From assembly GCA_024704765.1 (NCBI GenBank), contig JAKMXF010000344.1, positions 1-64,000 on the forward strand: a DNA stretch of 64,000 bases, written 5' to 3'. The DNA comes from Oopsacas minuta. Taxonomy: Eukaryota > Animalia > Porifera. The notes below the pieces were generated by a model. That model did not search any database, was not told the origin of the DNA, and saw nothing but the letters and a program-made list of their open reading frames with translations. Positions 63,554 through 64,000 of the stretch are shown piece by piece (position 1 is the first letter of the stretch; every line of letters begins with the position of its first letter). A program made the translations under genes and the position numbers.

Positions 63554-64000
63554 CAATGCCTATCAGTGTTAAAAAAAGTGCTACTATAGTATTGTGCCGT
63601 ACGGTGTTTCCATTTTGATCGACGCTAAGGCTTATTTTGAAGTCTTAGAGCTCGTGGAATAATGAACAGAGAACTTTAGAACACTAAAGTCGGACAAAAT
63701 TTGGCCAGGTGACTTTCATTTTACTATTTATCCAAAGTCTATGGGGATATACAGCAATATCTGAAGAAGCCATATTATGCGCTATCACGTTATTTGTATT
63801 CATTATGCTTATGCATACTATTCTCACACGTTCAGCATTTTTATGAGTATTTATTTTATGTTTACAAAAGCATATCTTATGGTTTACTGTTTGCATTATA
63901 ACAAATCCGCGTCCGCTTTCAGCAGTGTTTGCCCGAAAAATGAAGTGTAGGTCGCTCCTTAATCCATAAATAACCCTGAGTATCCTGCATGGGCCCCCAG

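Noticed and set aside
1-64000. Species assignment (the TE repertoire reminded me of glass-sponge genomes)
   Set aside because: Impression only. It cannot be supported without a database search of RAD1.

Overview
AT-rich eukaryotic (probably animal) genomic DNA made almost entirely of nested, mostly decayed DNA transposons. It contains one recognisable host gene, an intronless RAD1 (9-1-1 checkpoint clamp subunit, 38147-39007, minus strand). Superfamilies supported by protein motifs and/or TIR+TSD: Transib/RAG1-like (full-length, 6008-9334), mariner, Tc1, maT/DD37D, pogo/Tigger (one apparently intact), hAT Buster type (one apparently intact, three decayed), hAT ZMYM1/Ac type, THAP-P element (three elements, one split in two), NOF-like and other Mutator types, Chapaev3, piggyBac MITEs, Helitron/Helentron fragments and a small LINE RT scrap. 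Main highlights: (1) a complete Transib element with an exact RSS heptamer (CACAGTG), a nonamer-like motif, dissimilar ends and a 5-bp TSD; (2) a 3.9-kb inversion (20706-24618) whose breakpoints reciprocally split a P transposase and a NOF-like transposase; (3) many palindromes and foldbacks, several of which were insertion targets. No rRNA, tRNA or CRISPR array was found. All family calls come from remembered motifs, not database searches. Coordinates of decayed fragments are approximate, and most short ORFs in the track are antisense or frameshifted transposon pieces.
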